This document shows positions 21,001 to 33,073 of a stretch of 64,000 nt of DNA, piece by piece. The DNA lies in the NCBI GenBank assembly GCA_964036045.1, contig OZ038378.1:147188001-147252000 (forward strand). Direction: 5' to 3'. The first letter of the stretch is position 1; every line of letters starts with the position of its first letter. This stretch comes from Eutreptiella sp. 'Long Island Sound 2002' (lineage: Eukaryota > Protista > Euglenida). A program made the translations under genes and the position numbers. The notes beneath the pieces are model-generated. The model was not told where the DNA came from. It did not search any database and was given only the letters and a program-made list of their open reading frames with translations.

Positions 21001-24000
21001 GGCTGACCCCCCCCCCCACCCTCAGACCCACCCACCCACCTGCCGGATACCCTGAGAGAGGGGGGGGGGGGTCACAGCGCCATTTTGGATGACTTGGATG
21101 ACTTTCACTTGAGTCTCTACATGATCCTTAAGCACACACACCGCCGTCAGGCAACGTCCGTGACCCAGTGGTTGCCGCACTGGTCTTCCAATTGACGTAT
21201 ATCTGGTTCAAATCCTGCTGAACACATTTTAGGCACCTGCTATGGAGTGGTCAACATGACGGAAAAATACTTTTTTCATAGATTGTTTGTTAATGCACAA
21301 ACAACGCCTGCCACAAGAACACAAATGCAGGCAGCAATTCCATGGTCTACCAAGCTCAGCAATCCACCCATCCACCCATAAAGGCGGACACCCCCCCCGC
21401 CCTGCCTTGGGGGGGGGGGGGGACCTGCATTTTCCCCGAAATCGGCCAAACAAACTCACCCCCCCACCCTCAGAACCCCCCGGTGTAGTACAGGGGGGGG
21501 GGAAATTTCGCCCGGGGACAATTTCGCAGGGGAAAATTTCGCCAGGGGAAAATTTCGCCACCCTTGAAATCCCCAAAGCCCCAAGCAAGCATGTGTCTCG
21601 CAAAATGTCTCTCGATTTTCGAAAAAAAATTTTTGTCTCTCGGTCTCTATATGCCCCTTGAGGACATAGATGTCAGATCTGGTCATTACTCCAGTGGTAT
21701 ATGCACTTGGTTCTGATTGCACAGGCGTTGGTTCAAACCCCAGTGATGTGAATCTGATGAGATTGGTTTTTCATGCACAAACAAACCTGCCTGAAGCAGT
21801 CTCCAATGGTCACAAAACAACAACACATGCACTACACAGGGGGTCCAAAACTGCAACAGGCTGGCACAACATGGTCCCAGAATTGTGTTTTCCAAGAGGG
21901 GCCAGGCGCGCCTACGAACGCGCCTGAGCCAACCGTTTCTTGCGCAGCTTCATGAAATCTGGTGCAGACGATCCAGTAACTGGTGCAGAAGGTGCAGGCT
22001 TCTTTTTCAAGGCATCAACAATCCTTAATGTATGGCCATCCAGGACACCACATTTTTTAAGTGCTGCCATATTAATAAGAGTGAGCTCTTTCATGCATGC
22101 AAATCCAGCAGCTGCAAGTGGCACTGCATACTGTGAATACCCAAGCTGTTGCAAAAAATTCACAAGATCAGCCTTGGGTTTTACAACAGCACCAGCAGCT
22201 GCCTTGGTTGCAGCGAAAATCGGGGCATCAACTGTTGAGGATGACAAATTTGTCCATGGAAAAGCTGTCAAAAACAGACAGCACGTGCAAGGGGTACAAA
22301 GGATTGCATCCACACTGCCACCGAAAGACAAAAAGCACGTAGCACACTGCGACTAACACCGGAGAAAACTGCAGCCACGTGGATCAAGAGCTTTGGATGC
22401 GACATATTTCTTCTGGATACTAGGCTGGCATTCGAAGAAACGCCCCTGAAGTACTTTGCAGAGCAAAAGGGAACTTATGAGTATCCTGATGTGCAGAATG
22501 TGTTCCCTTCCCTGCCGCAACAGTTTATGCATCCAAGCATTCATCATGATCATGCTGTCAAAAGGATGTTGTACCCGAAGCCGAAAGTGTTGATGATGTT
22601 CCGCCCACCCCTGCAGTCATTTACCTGCCCCCCTCCCCTTCAGTGTTGCAGGATGATACATCTCAGGATGCCCTAGCAGAACAGCCTGAGGAGGCTGCCG
22701 AGAGAGTGGTTGTCCATGAGGCTCTCAGTCAGCCTCTGCTCCTGTTTCTGTCTCTAGTGGTGCGTCAGCATCACGCAGAAGTGACAGTGACAGTGACAGG
22801 GACAGTAACAGTGACCTGAGGAGGCTGAAGAGAGAGGTAAACCTACGTCACCATTCAGGATTGTTGATGCCTTGAAAAAGAAGCCAGCAGCTCCAACACC
22901 AGATACCCGATTGTCAGATTCATGCATCTGCGCAGCAAATGGTTGGCACAGGCGCGTTCGTAATTGCGCCTGGCCCTGCTCAGGAAACGCAATGCCTGCA
23001 GCTGTGGTGAAGGATGGAACTGTTACGCCAAAATTTCGCCAGGGGAAAATTTCGCCACCTTTCTTAACGGCGAAATTTTCCCCGCGAAATTCTCCCCTGG
23101 CGAAATTTCCCCCCCCCCTGTATCAACCAGCCACTGAGCAATGGCCTGGTTGGGCCCTAGGACGCCCACTTGTGGGGTCACTTCCCCAACAGGGGCACAT
23201 AACAACCCTCAACCTGCCCTTTCCCGCCCTCAGTGCTCCTTGTGGCATGGTGCCCCCCCAACCCCCACCCTATTTCCCTATGTCCATAGTGTGTGTACTG
23301 TGCGTCCACATGGCGCTACTCCAGGTGATGGGTGGAGATTGAGAGGGGGGGAGGGGGCTGAGCAGGTGGATGACTGGTCTGCACAAACCCCAGCGCAGGG
23401 GCAGGCCAGTGTGGGGGGGGGGGGGAGGCGTGTGCCCCCCTGCCCCCTCCCCCCTGATCCTAGGGGTGACAGTCAGCCCTGCCAACCGCTTCCATCCACC
23501 CCCAACGACCCTCCAACCGGTTTATACCCGCCAGAAATCGCCCGCCAACCGCTTTTCCAACCCCCGGTGCCTGCTGCTCCAACCCCTCCTGGACCCCCCC
23601 TTTGCGACCCTCTCCGCTACAAGTGCATCCCTACCCCAGCGGATCCAGCCCAACGCCCAGAACCGCCGGTGGGCCCGCACCCCCACACACCTCGCTTGGC
23701 CGTCCACGCGGCCTCCAGTGCGGCCTGGATGGTGCGCTGCCCCTTCTGGGCCAAAGAGAGGCCCAGCCCCAGCTGGATGCCCCGGATCACGGCCAGCGGG
23801 CACAGGCGGTTGAAGAGGAGGATGAGATTCGTGATGCCCAGCAGCGAGACCACGACCCCCACCAGCACCGCCCCCCCGGCCACCTCCATCCGCGTCAGCC
23901 CCTGAGGAGAGGGCGCAGAGCTACTCCCGCAACCGTTTGGTTTGGCCTGGACTACCGCCCCCAGCCCCGAATCACGAGAAAAACTTGACCTTCACGGACC

Positions 24001-25644
24001 ACCAGAACAAAGCACCGCCGACTTCCACGGCTCCGGAAGGTGCGGGAACAGCTTCTCGTGTTGGCCTGACGCGGGCGTTGGTCTCGCAGGAGGTGGGGGG
24101 TACGTCCCAACACCAACACCTGAAGGCAGCCTAACCCTCGCCCACCCAGCCCACACCACCGCCACCAGCCCTGCAGCAAGAGGACTATGCACCGCACCGG
24201 CCCCTGAGAGCTACACCTGCGCGCTGCAGGCGCTGCAGGGCAGGAGTAATTCTCTGAAACCGCAGAAACCGTGAAACATGCAACAAGAAGGGAAAACCAC
24301 CATTCCATGGCCATTTGGAGTACTTGCCTGTACAACAGCCACTGAGTGGGTGGGGGTTAGGGGGGGGGGGGGTGCATTGATCTCCCCCGTTGAGGATGGT
24401 GCACGGGGGGGGGGGGGGGTGGCGGAGCGTTTCATGAGTGGAACACAATGGGAAATCTGAGTGTGATGAAATACACATCCAACAATGCACCATGGGCACC
24501 AACAACAAGCATGCACGGCAAAGCAATCGATGAAATGGCAAATCGGCAGTCTGGTTTCTCGTTCCAGTATTGTTCTAATCTGGCCTAGACCGTTCTAGGC
24601 CAGAATGCTAGCCTAGAACGAAATTGGGCGTTCTGGTGTGTACCAAAAGGGGGGGCCTGTCCATATCGCACACAGGTAAAGGGGGGGGGTCCTTGTAAAA
24701 TTTGCACAGCGTAGAGGGGTGGAGTGTGCAAAACTCCGGACGCCACAGAACCTCAACTGCAACCGGCGCTCCGGGCCCCGCAGAACCTCAACTGCAACCG
24801 GCGCTCCGGGCCCCGCAGAACCCCAACTGAAACCGGCGCTCCGGGCCCCGCGGAACCCCAACGGGAACCAGCGCTCCGGGCCCCGCGGAACCCCAACGGG
24901 AACCAGCGCTCCGGGGCCCGCGGAACCCCAACGGGAACCAGCGCTCCGGGCCCCGCGGAACCCCAACGGGAACCAGCGCTCCGGGCCCCGCGGAACCCCA
25001 ACGGGAACCAGCGCTCCGGGCCCCGCGGAACCCCAACGGGAACCAGCGCTCCGGGCCCCGCGGAACCCCAACGGGAACCAGCGCTCCGGGCCCCGCGGAA
25101 CCCCACGGGAACCAGCGCTCCAAGTAGTCAATACAATGACAACGAATTATCTGTCTTGTTTGCGCAGGCACCAGCATGCACAGCCAAAGAAGAGAGATCA
25201 GGCTGATCACGGACCGGAGCGACCGGCCCTTGGCGCCTTTCACCAAAGTCTGTAAACCAGGAAGTGCTTCGGAGCAATCTGCACATGCACAGTGTAATGT
25301 TGCCCGCTCAGACTGCCCCCCCTCCACTACGAAGATGCTGGCCCCGGCGAAGGCTCTTAGACGGCAGCCAGGCACACCTGGGCCACGGCGGCCGCGGCGA
25401 TGGCCTTCATGGGCTGCACCGGCATGGGAACTGAGAAGGTCAGGCCCGTGATGAAGTTCTGCAGCCCGGCGAAGAACAACCCAGAGACCGGGTCGAGGGC
25501 CCCGGCCGCCACCATGTTGATGTACAGGGGGATGAAGGTGCCCAGGTCCCCCAGAGCCCCGCTGAGCTCGCTGGCCTTCAGGTTGCGCCACACCCATTCA
25601 TTGAGGGGCAGGCGGAACGTCAAGAAGACCCCCGTGGACAGCAT
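18007..25644 (-). CDS. MOT1: Molybdate transporter, MOT1 family; 4 exons (25378-25644, 23691-23901, 18920-19506, 18007-18336), 464 aa
   Basis: ELSGALGDLGTFIPL, PMPVQPMKAIAA, IRGIQL, PQLPLTTLNS, MPMCHGCGGLASQYLFGAR. All three introns are GT-AG and phases are compatible (total 1395 nt). The start ATG is inferred. Confidence 0.92.
21491..23120. mobile_element. Tc1/mariner-type non-autonomous element (TA TSD, CAG...CTG ends) in MOT1 intron 2
   Basis: TA at 21489-90 and 23121-22. ~50-bp TIRs built from ggggaaaatttcgcc-like subrepeats. Confidence 0.85.
21912..22331 (-). CDS. SAM (sterile alpha motif) domain ORF inside the Tc1-type element
   Basis: LVNFLQQLGYSQYAVPLAAAGFACMKELTLINMAALKKCGVLDGHTLRIVDAL fits the SAM pattern (FL..LG..QY...F....L..L....L...G...GH..RI). 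Confidence 0.7.
   Translation of the reverse strand: MSFGGSVDAILCTPCTCCLFLTAFPWTNLSSSTVDAPIFAATKAAAGAVVKPKADLVNFLQQLGYSQYAVPLAAAGFACMKELTLINMAALKKCGVLDGHTLRIVDALKKKPAPSAPVTGSSAPDFMKLRKKRLAQARS
24746..25122. repeat. 35-bp GC-rich tandem repeat, ~10-11 copies, in MOT1 intron 1
   Basis: Unit cggaaccccaacgggaaccagcgctccgggccccg; the first 2-3 copies are diverged. Confidence 0.95.
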
Positions 25645-26109
25645 GCTGCGCCCCACAGAGGAGGGCAATGCACAGGGCGGCTGAGGGGAAAGGGAGGTGG
25701 CGCGGGGGCTGCTGCTGTCCAGGGCTGTCAATCAGAGCACGAGGGTGCAGAGCAGGGGTTGGAGAAATGGAAAACTCCATGACCGGTTCAATGGCAACGG
25801 ATACTCAGCTACCAAATGCCCCCATGTCACAGGCGACCGGTCACGGCTCATCAATGGTCTGCTGCACTGCAGCACTTCCAAACCACCGCTGAATGTTGCC
25901 TTGACTTCGCCCTGTGGCCATCGAAAGTTTCTTAGGCTGGTTTGGGTTACCTCTGACACCCCCACAAAACCCGGTTATGCACACTCGAAGTGAGGAGAGT
26001 CATAGCAGGCTGTGGCGGCACACATGCTCACTGCTCTGTCGTGGTAACACACGACATCATTCTGGTCTACGTTTTACCTGACGTTATGCATGCATTCAAA
26101 ACGGGCGAT

Positions 26110-26205
26110 GCAAATCGTTCGGTGCATCCCCACCCCCCCCCACTGCGGGATTCGAACCACCGATCACGCCCCATACCGGCCTAGGGGATTACCATTCTAC
26201 TATGG
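26110..26205 (-). mobile_element. tRNA-derived SINE head, same family as ~2010-2096
   Basis: TAGTAGAATGG A-like box, GGTTCGAATCCC B-box, shared gatgcaccgaacga tail. Confidence 0.6.
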
Positions 26206-27217
26206 ACGAGGGTGACCCTCGTCGTGTCCTTGTCAGAGCATTTCATTCTCCACCAGCCGCCCGTGCTCCTGCCAGGCGGCTGCTTGGATCAGGTAAAAGG
26301 CAAAAGTCGCTCTAAGTCCTGTTGATCACTGTACTCTGCTTGCTCGCGGGGTTCCGATGTAAACGGCCAATAGTGCTCAGGGCCGGGCTGCCCGCTGGTC
26401 ATTGTTCTCTCGCGGGGTGCCGGCAGCAAAAGCCCCCTACCCCCGATTGCGGACCATAAATCATGCTCTTTACCTGACCTATCACCCCCGGGGTCCCACC
26501 GATCCACAAATAATGTCCTTCCCCCTTGGTGCTTACACCCATTACAATCTCCCGTGCCTCCCCGCCAGCATCACCCGCACTCTTTTTTTTGGGGGGGGGG
26601 GGGGTTAGGTCCCCTCTAAAGCCACTGATTACTGCCCTTGACGGTGGGATGCGAGAATAGTAGGAACGCCTTTGCGATGCAAACTTGCGGTGCAAGCAAG
26701 TTCCTATCTTTTGTGTACAAGGCATGCTTGGGATGCCTTTATTGTGTTGCTGTGTGATACTATATGCTTCCGTCAATGCAAGTTGTTGTCTCGGGTAGGG
26801 TTTGGCTGCCGTCTGAACAGGTCCAGAGAAGTAGGAGGGAGGCCCCCGAGGGGCTCGGAGGGGTCAAAAATGAACCGTAGTTTTCCTGTACACCGCTTTG
26901 CCCTATCAATTCTACAGATGTGAAGCCCCCGCCTCCCCCAGTTGAATGGCGTACAGGAAATATACGCGTAGCCTAAATTATGAAGATTCGGATTTTCGGC
27001 CTCTCTAGGCGTTGGTTGGACAACCTGACCGATATGAGATAGAACCAACCTCCAACTTTTGGGTCCTTCCGAGCACAAAAATGCAGGTAACTAGAGCACC
27101 AGGCACGTACTTTCATGTTCTCCCTCCACCCCTTGGAGCCTCATCAACAGCCAAAGGGGGAATCTTTGCACTGCGCGCGCGCACTGCACGCTACTTTTAG
27201 ACTATGTTCCCCCCAAA

Positions 27218-27601
27218 GTCCCTAACCCCAACTCGAGGGGCCACGCAAATAAGCGTGGATTGTGAGTCCCTAACCCCAACTCGAGGGGCCACGCAAAAAA
27301 AAGCGTGGATTGTGAGTCCCTCACCCCAACTTGAGGGGCCACGCTAACAAGCGTGGATTGTGAGTCCCTAACCCCAACTCGAGGGGCCACGCAAAAAAAA
27401 GCGTGGATTGTGAGTCCCTCACCCCAACTTGAGGGGCCACGCAAATAAGCGTGGATTGTGAGTCCCTAACCCCAACTCGAGGGGCCACGCAAAAAAAAGC
27501 GTGGATTGTGAGTCCCTAACCCCAACTCGAGGGGCCACGCAAAAAGCGGGGATTGTGAGTCCCTAACCGCAACTCGAGGGGCCATGCAACAAAGCGTGGA
27601 T
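27218..27601. repeat. Alternating 48/50-bp tandem array (~8 units), each with a CCACGC-loop-GCGTGG hairpin
   Basis: Units start at 27218, 27266, 27316, 27364, 27414, 27462, 27512 and ~27558. Confidence 0.92.
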
Positions 27602-27930
27602 TCAAAGATTGTCCCGGTTTCCTCAATAGCACCGGAAGGTTGGGGCCCAAAAGAGGGCGGAAATGCTACGTCACCCCTGCATTCTCGGGGGTCCCCAACA
27701 AAGGGAACAAAATCAGAAGTCAAAGTCTACGCTAGGGGTCACCATGATGCTCCTAGAATCAAAGTGTGGATTCTAAGATTGTCCCGGTTTCCTCAATAGC
27801 ACCGGAAGGTTGGGGCCCAAAAGAGAGCGGAAATGCTACGTCACCCCTGCATTCTCGGGGGTCCCCAAACAAAGGGGGACAAAATCAGAAGTCAAAACCT
27901 CCGCAAGGGGTCACCATGATGCCCCTAGGG
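27591..27930. repeat. 170-bp tandem direct duplication
   Basis: 27591-27760 is repeated at 27761-~27930 with few changes. Confidence 0.9.
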
Positions 27931-28049
27931 GCCCCTAGTATCTCACAGTATGGGTCTCTAGTACGGCCAGGCGCCCAAATAGTTGCACTGCGCGCGCACA
28001 GCGCTTGAGGCGCCCCCAAAGATCATCCAAAATGTTGACACCCGTACTC

Positions 28050-29580
28050 AGTAGTTCCCATACAGCGTATTCAGTCCAACCATCATTCAAATTGGGTCAC
28101 GAGTTGCTCCTTGTTGCCCCCAATCCGGAGCAACTCATCCCGTTCCGAACACTATGCCTTGAACTTTCGGGTGGCCTGTTTTGGGACCTCCACCGTGAGG
28201 TTAGAGGATGCTGCCTTCAAAAGGTTTGAGAATGAGCTTCAAAGGCTAAAAGACCGAGGTTTGGTGGGTGGGAGGGTCTCTGCCTCTCTCTGCTTTGCCT
28301 CCACCAACAAAGCCTCGTACCGCCCAATGCTTGTATGTGCCCGTTGTCTCATCGAGCCGCGCTCACGCAAAAGGGATTGCGTCCCTTATCTCCTTTGGAT
28401 TATCAATTGTGTCTTCACGGAATGCACTTTGCTTTGTCACAATCAATGGTGCAATAATGATGGTCCGTGTCTTTTGTTTGCCTTTCAAACACCATTTGCA
28501 GGAGTCCAGTGCTGAACATACTGAAGGAATCCAGAGGCACGCCGAATGAAGTAGAAGAGCAATGGTGTTTCGGCACAAAGAAGGATGGCTTCGCTGGACA
28601 ACTTGAAACGCTGCCTCGGTGACCTTTTGTAATTGGTGGAATTTCTGGGTAACTATTCGCCCTTTGTACCCTTCAGAGTCAACAACAAGATCGAATTCGG
28701 TAACACAACAAAAACCAAGGACCGGATGTTCTTGCTTCACCGTGGATGCGCAATTGCCAAGGAGATGCCTTTCCAACCTGGTTCAAAAGGGCTGTCTTTT
28801 TGAAGGCCGGCAGGTGCTTTTTAACTGACTTTATCTTCTCAAGCAGAATCTGAACTACAATACTACACCAAAAAACGACACATATCGCAATGCACGGTAA
28901 CCAACTGAAACGACAGCAACCATGAATCTTTCAGGTGCCAAAAGGAGACAAATCCCAATATTTGCCAAACGTGCTGCAGTCCACATCATTTTTGTGTTTG
29001 TTACAAGGGGGTTCTCCCTGATTGTGGCAAGAGAAAAATGCGACTGTGAATTTCGTCATGTGGCATATTTTATGTATGCAATGGAGCAATGGAAGAGGGT
29101 TCATGTGCATGTTATGGTGTCCATTCTAGCATGAGCATTCTAGGTGCAGCTTTCAGGTGGAGATGCTGGATTATTCCTCCCAGTGCATGCCCAATTTGTG
29201 GATGCTGAGGGTGTGAGGCACACGATGCAAAGAAGTAAAATTCACAATTCACTGCATCCATTCATCTGCATCCATTCATCGGTTATCTGCCTGCCCCTAC
29301 CGCTGACTGAATTCTGCATAGTATGTGCCGGTAAGTGTTTGGTCTGCAGTGGTGTCCATCGCTCCCCACCCCCACCCCACGGGGGAGGGGGGGGGGCTTA
29401 TAAGGCAGGGGGGGGGGGTGGACACAGGGGGGCGACGGTATTATTGTTTTTGAAAACTATTGAAATATTGTGTGCCAAATTGAAGAGTTCTCCTGGTCTC
29501 TCACGCATGACAAAGACACACTGCTTTGGTGCAACTAGAACGGGCCTTTTCAGAGCGTTTGAGAGCAATGTTTTCGACAC
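28050..29580 (-). pseudogene. Decayed transposase, homolog of the C-terminal half at 48295-49408
   Basis: KQKTRTIIIAPLIVTKQSAFREDTIDNPKEIRDAIP vs RQQKTRTLIIAALVVAKRSSFRQDVIANPMEIREAMP; both end LR(I/L)GGNKEQLVTQ. Confidence 0.75.
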
Positions 29581-31224
29581 CATCTGGGGGACCTAGTCAC
29601 CACTACAAGCAACCAAGCAAGAAAGAACAGGGAGTGGTTGGCGCGTTTTTGTCGGTTCCTAATCCCACTTGTCATCACGGTACAATCTGTGGTCGAAGAG
29701 CGGACCACCCACTTCACACGGTAGCCCAACATGCCCCCCTCCTATGGGTGGTGTGGCGGGGTGGCACTATCACTGATTTTCTTTGCCAACTGACATACGG
29801 TGACGGGGTGTACACATTGTTGCGCATTGATCAACCCACGCAGTATTGTTGGGTGGGTGGCCTCGCCATCTGGCGTGTGGAACTCCTTCGGCTGAGTTCA
29901 AGGATGGTGAAGTGGTCTCCTTGGAAGGTCGTTTTCCAGACCGACAAAATTGTGTTGTCCTGCTTCTGAAGCACAAGAAAGGCAACCTCAAGTGGCAGGC
30001 AGCCAAATACGATGATGCACAAAGGTTCACCCAAAGACGCAGGGAGCGTCCCTTGCTCGATGCTTCTGTGGGGTTGTGTCCCGAGATGCGTGTGCCTTCC
30101 CTCAATCAGGGGGATAGAAGGCATGCTGAAGCATTGTCCCTCTGTCAACCAGAGTGGGCGGCAATCCAAGTGGATGGTCACAACCACAAATGGATTGCCC
30201 CCCTACAACTCGAAGGCTGTTGCTGCACCACATTCGTACAATGTGCACGCTGCGCGGGGTCCTTTGGCAACAGAGAACTGAAGAATGTGGTGAACTCACA
30301 AAGAAATGCATAGCTAGAGGCACCTGGGGGTTGTGGGGCACCTCAGCCTTCTCCAGAATGCGACCCAGGTGCAGTTTGACAACTGCCCCCCCCAAAAAAA
30401 AAGTGGCTGGGGGTGATGGAGATGCACGCGCATGGAAACAGAGAATAGGACACCAATCCCCTGCCACTGTGAGCCACGATACAAAAGCCTCTCCTTCTCC
30501 CTTACCCCAACACCTTCCGCAGAGCGGGGAACGGAGACGCGGAGGGATCGTTGACGGGACAGGAGAGGTTTTGGGGCCCTCATGCGCCCAAAGAGCGCCA
30601 AGGGCAACCGTCAACACTGCAATAGAGTTGCAGCTTTTTCGCCCAAAAACCAGCCACACGCGTTGCGCACGACAACGGCCCCTTGTGGCTTTCACGTTCG
30701 ACTTCCGTTCCCCCGGGGGTTCTCAGCAGTGCTCTGCCCCTTGGGTTTCCCTTGGCGTTGCCGGGATGCACCCAGTCCATAGGCAGACCCCGCGGGCCCA
30801 CCATGTTGACGCAGTCCTCGGTGGGCTCCCTCTCGCCACACCGTAGAGGTCAGCCTGCGAAGCATGTCCGGTGTTGTTGTGCGCCGCTTGGGCCTGGAGA
30901 GGGCCGGGGAGGGCCGGCGAGAGAACTGGCGAGGCTAACGGTGGATAGGGGACGGTTCTCCCGGGGCCGGCAGCCCAACGCTTTTTGGGGGAGGGGGGGG
31001 AGAAAGAGGGGAGATGAGGTAGGGAGGGGGGCCAAAAAATTTTCCACGGAAAAGTGTATTTTGATGGCCAAGGCCAAAAGAAATTTTCTGGTGTGAATGA
31101 ACATCCAAACAAGAACCACAGACCAAGAGCCCAAGCACGGGAGCGACAGAGCACGCACGCACCGGAGACGTGAGGGAGACCCCGAGGATGTCCCATTTCC
31201 CTCGCTCTCTCACTCCTACAACCC

Positions 31225-31700
31225 TTACATGACCTCTGACTGGCTCACGATCTTGCGAGCTTTGGAGGGGGTGCCCGCGCTGCAGCTGGACATGCGGTGT
31301 CTGAGGCCAAACACTTCATCATGCCACTGCAGCAGGTCCCACTGGCTGCCCACCAACACCACCTTCTTCGGATGCCTCTGCATTGTCTTTGGCTTCCTCT
31401 CCTTGCGCTCCACCAGCACAACATCAACGTCATCCGCTTCAGCTACATAATGGCCTCGGAGTGCCTCTCGAATCTCCGGCTTCTTGAGCAGCCCCTCGCA
31501 CAATCTTTTTGGCCCAGCGAACTGCAAGCCCTCCGGAGCCTGCTCCTGCTGGCGAAGTTCCTAATAGTTAATCTGGTTAACTCCATCGACGACAGTTGCT
31601 GCACTTGGTTGATGGTATACATGGTGCAGGAACTGCGCACCCTTGCAGCAGTTGTAGTAGTACCGCACCATGACTTTTGTGACCTGCTCAGCAGGTGGCA
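31225..31700 (-). pseudogene. Unassigned coding-like fragment with an in-frame TAG
   Basis: Reads ...VDGVNQINY*ELRQQ...KKPEIREALRGHYVAE...; no family recognised. Confidence 0.25.
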
Positions 31701-33073
31701 CTTGTTCTTCCGAGCAGACTTCGTCATACAGGGTGCGGGTGTGGGATGGTTGTCCTCGTGCGGGACCGTCATAGAGGGTGCAGGTGTGGCACAAACTGTG
31801 GGAGGGTTGTACAGGGGGTCAAGCGGGGCCCAGGAGAGCAATACAGAGCGTGGGAATGCGACCCCCGCCCCAGCCCTCAACTGCCTTCAATACCCTCCCC
31901 CCTAAAAACCAGTAGCACCCTCACACAGGAGGGCGGTCCTGCAAAGCGCCCTCCCACCTGCTTCAATATGGACCCGGCGCTGCATCATCCGTCGACCTTT
32001 ACTGACCGGGCTACAGAAGTATTGAGAGGGGAACGCTCTGTTGACGCTCTGACAGGCGGATGGAAGGGGGGGTGGAGGGCAGGCGAGGTCGGTGCGGGAT
32101 CGCAGCGGGTGGGCGTCGCCCGCTCCGATGTCCGCATCAACCCCCGATCACGACGTCGCACGCGCCCACGGCAGCCAGCCTCCACTACGCCTGCATCACC
32201 AACAAAGTCCATCCGATTAGGGCCTCCACCGCCAGACACGCCTGGGCCCCTCTGCCCGCACCCATGGCCTTGCCGCACGTTGCCGGCCGCCGCATCCATC
32301 CGCATGTCCGGTCAGGCCCCCCCCTGCACCCCCGCGCTGCGTCACGCCGAGGACGGGCTGCCTGGGGGGCCTGGGGGCATGGGGCCGGAGGCTCAGACCA
32401 GGGCGTGGCAGGGCATCGGTCGCACTCATTGCCCCCGCTGCAGCCAATGGGGGTGGCCCCTGTGTGGCATGCGCCCATCGCGCCAGTCGTGCACCACACC
32501 ACTCCCGAATGCCACCAAGAGTCGCCCCTCCGCAGGGGTCCCTTCCTCAAGGCATGGGCCAAGCCCCGCTGGCAGGGTTGTATTAGAAGGAAAGGCGCCT
32601 CAGAGGCGGCCTCAGCGGCGGTTAGACAGGCGGTTGGAGGAGGTTGCAAAAGCGGTTGAGGGGCGGTTACTGTCGGTTACAAATGTGCATAGGCTGGGCG
32701 CCCTGGAAGAGGGGGGGGGGTACCTCCTGACCTTCCAATGCATCCCTGGGCGGGGGGCAGGGATGCATTAGGAAGGGAAGGAGCCCCAGAGGTGGCCCTA
32801 GGAGCGGTTAGGCAGGCGGTTGGAGGAGGTTGCCAAAGCGGTTGTGGGCGGATACTGTCGGTTACACATGGAAGCTGGCACTTGCAGTCAGGGGGACAGT
32901 GGCTGGGCCCTGGAGGGGGGGGGGGAGGTACCCCCCCCTTCCAAGGCGGCCCTGCCCACCGGCTACGGTGGCCGGGGCAGAGGCCACAGGAGGACCGCCG
33001 CAGGGCCACCGCACCCCCTCTGCATCCCAGCGGACATCGCTGTCACATGCCCCGGTCGGCGACCCCCGCCCCC

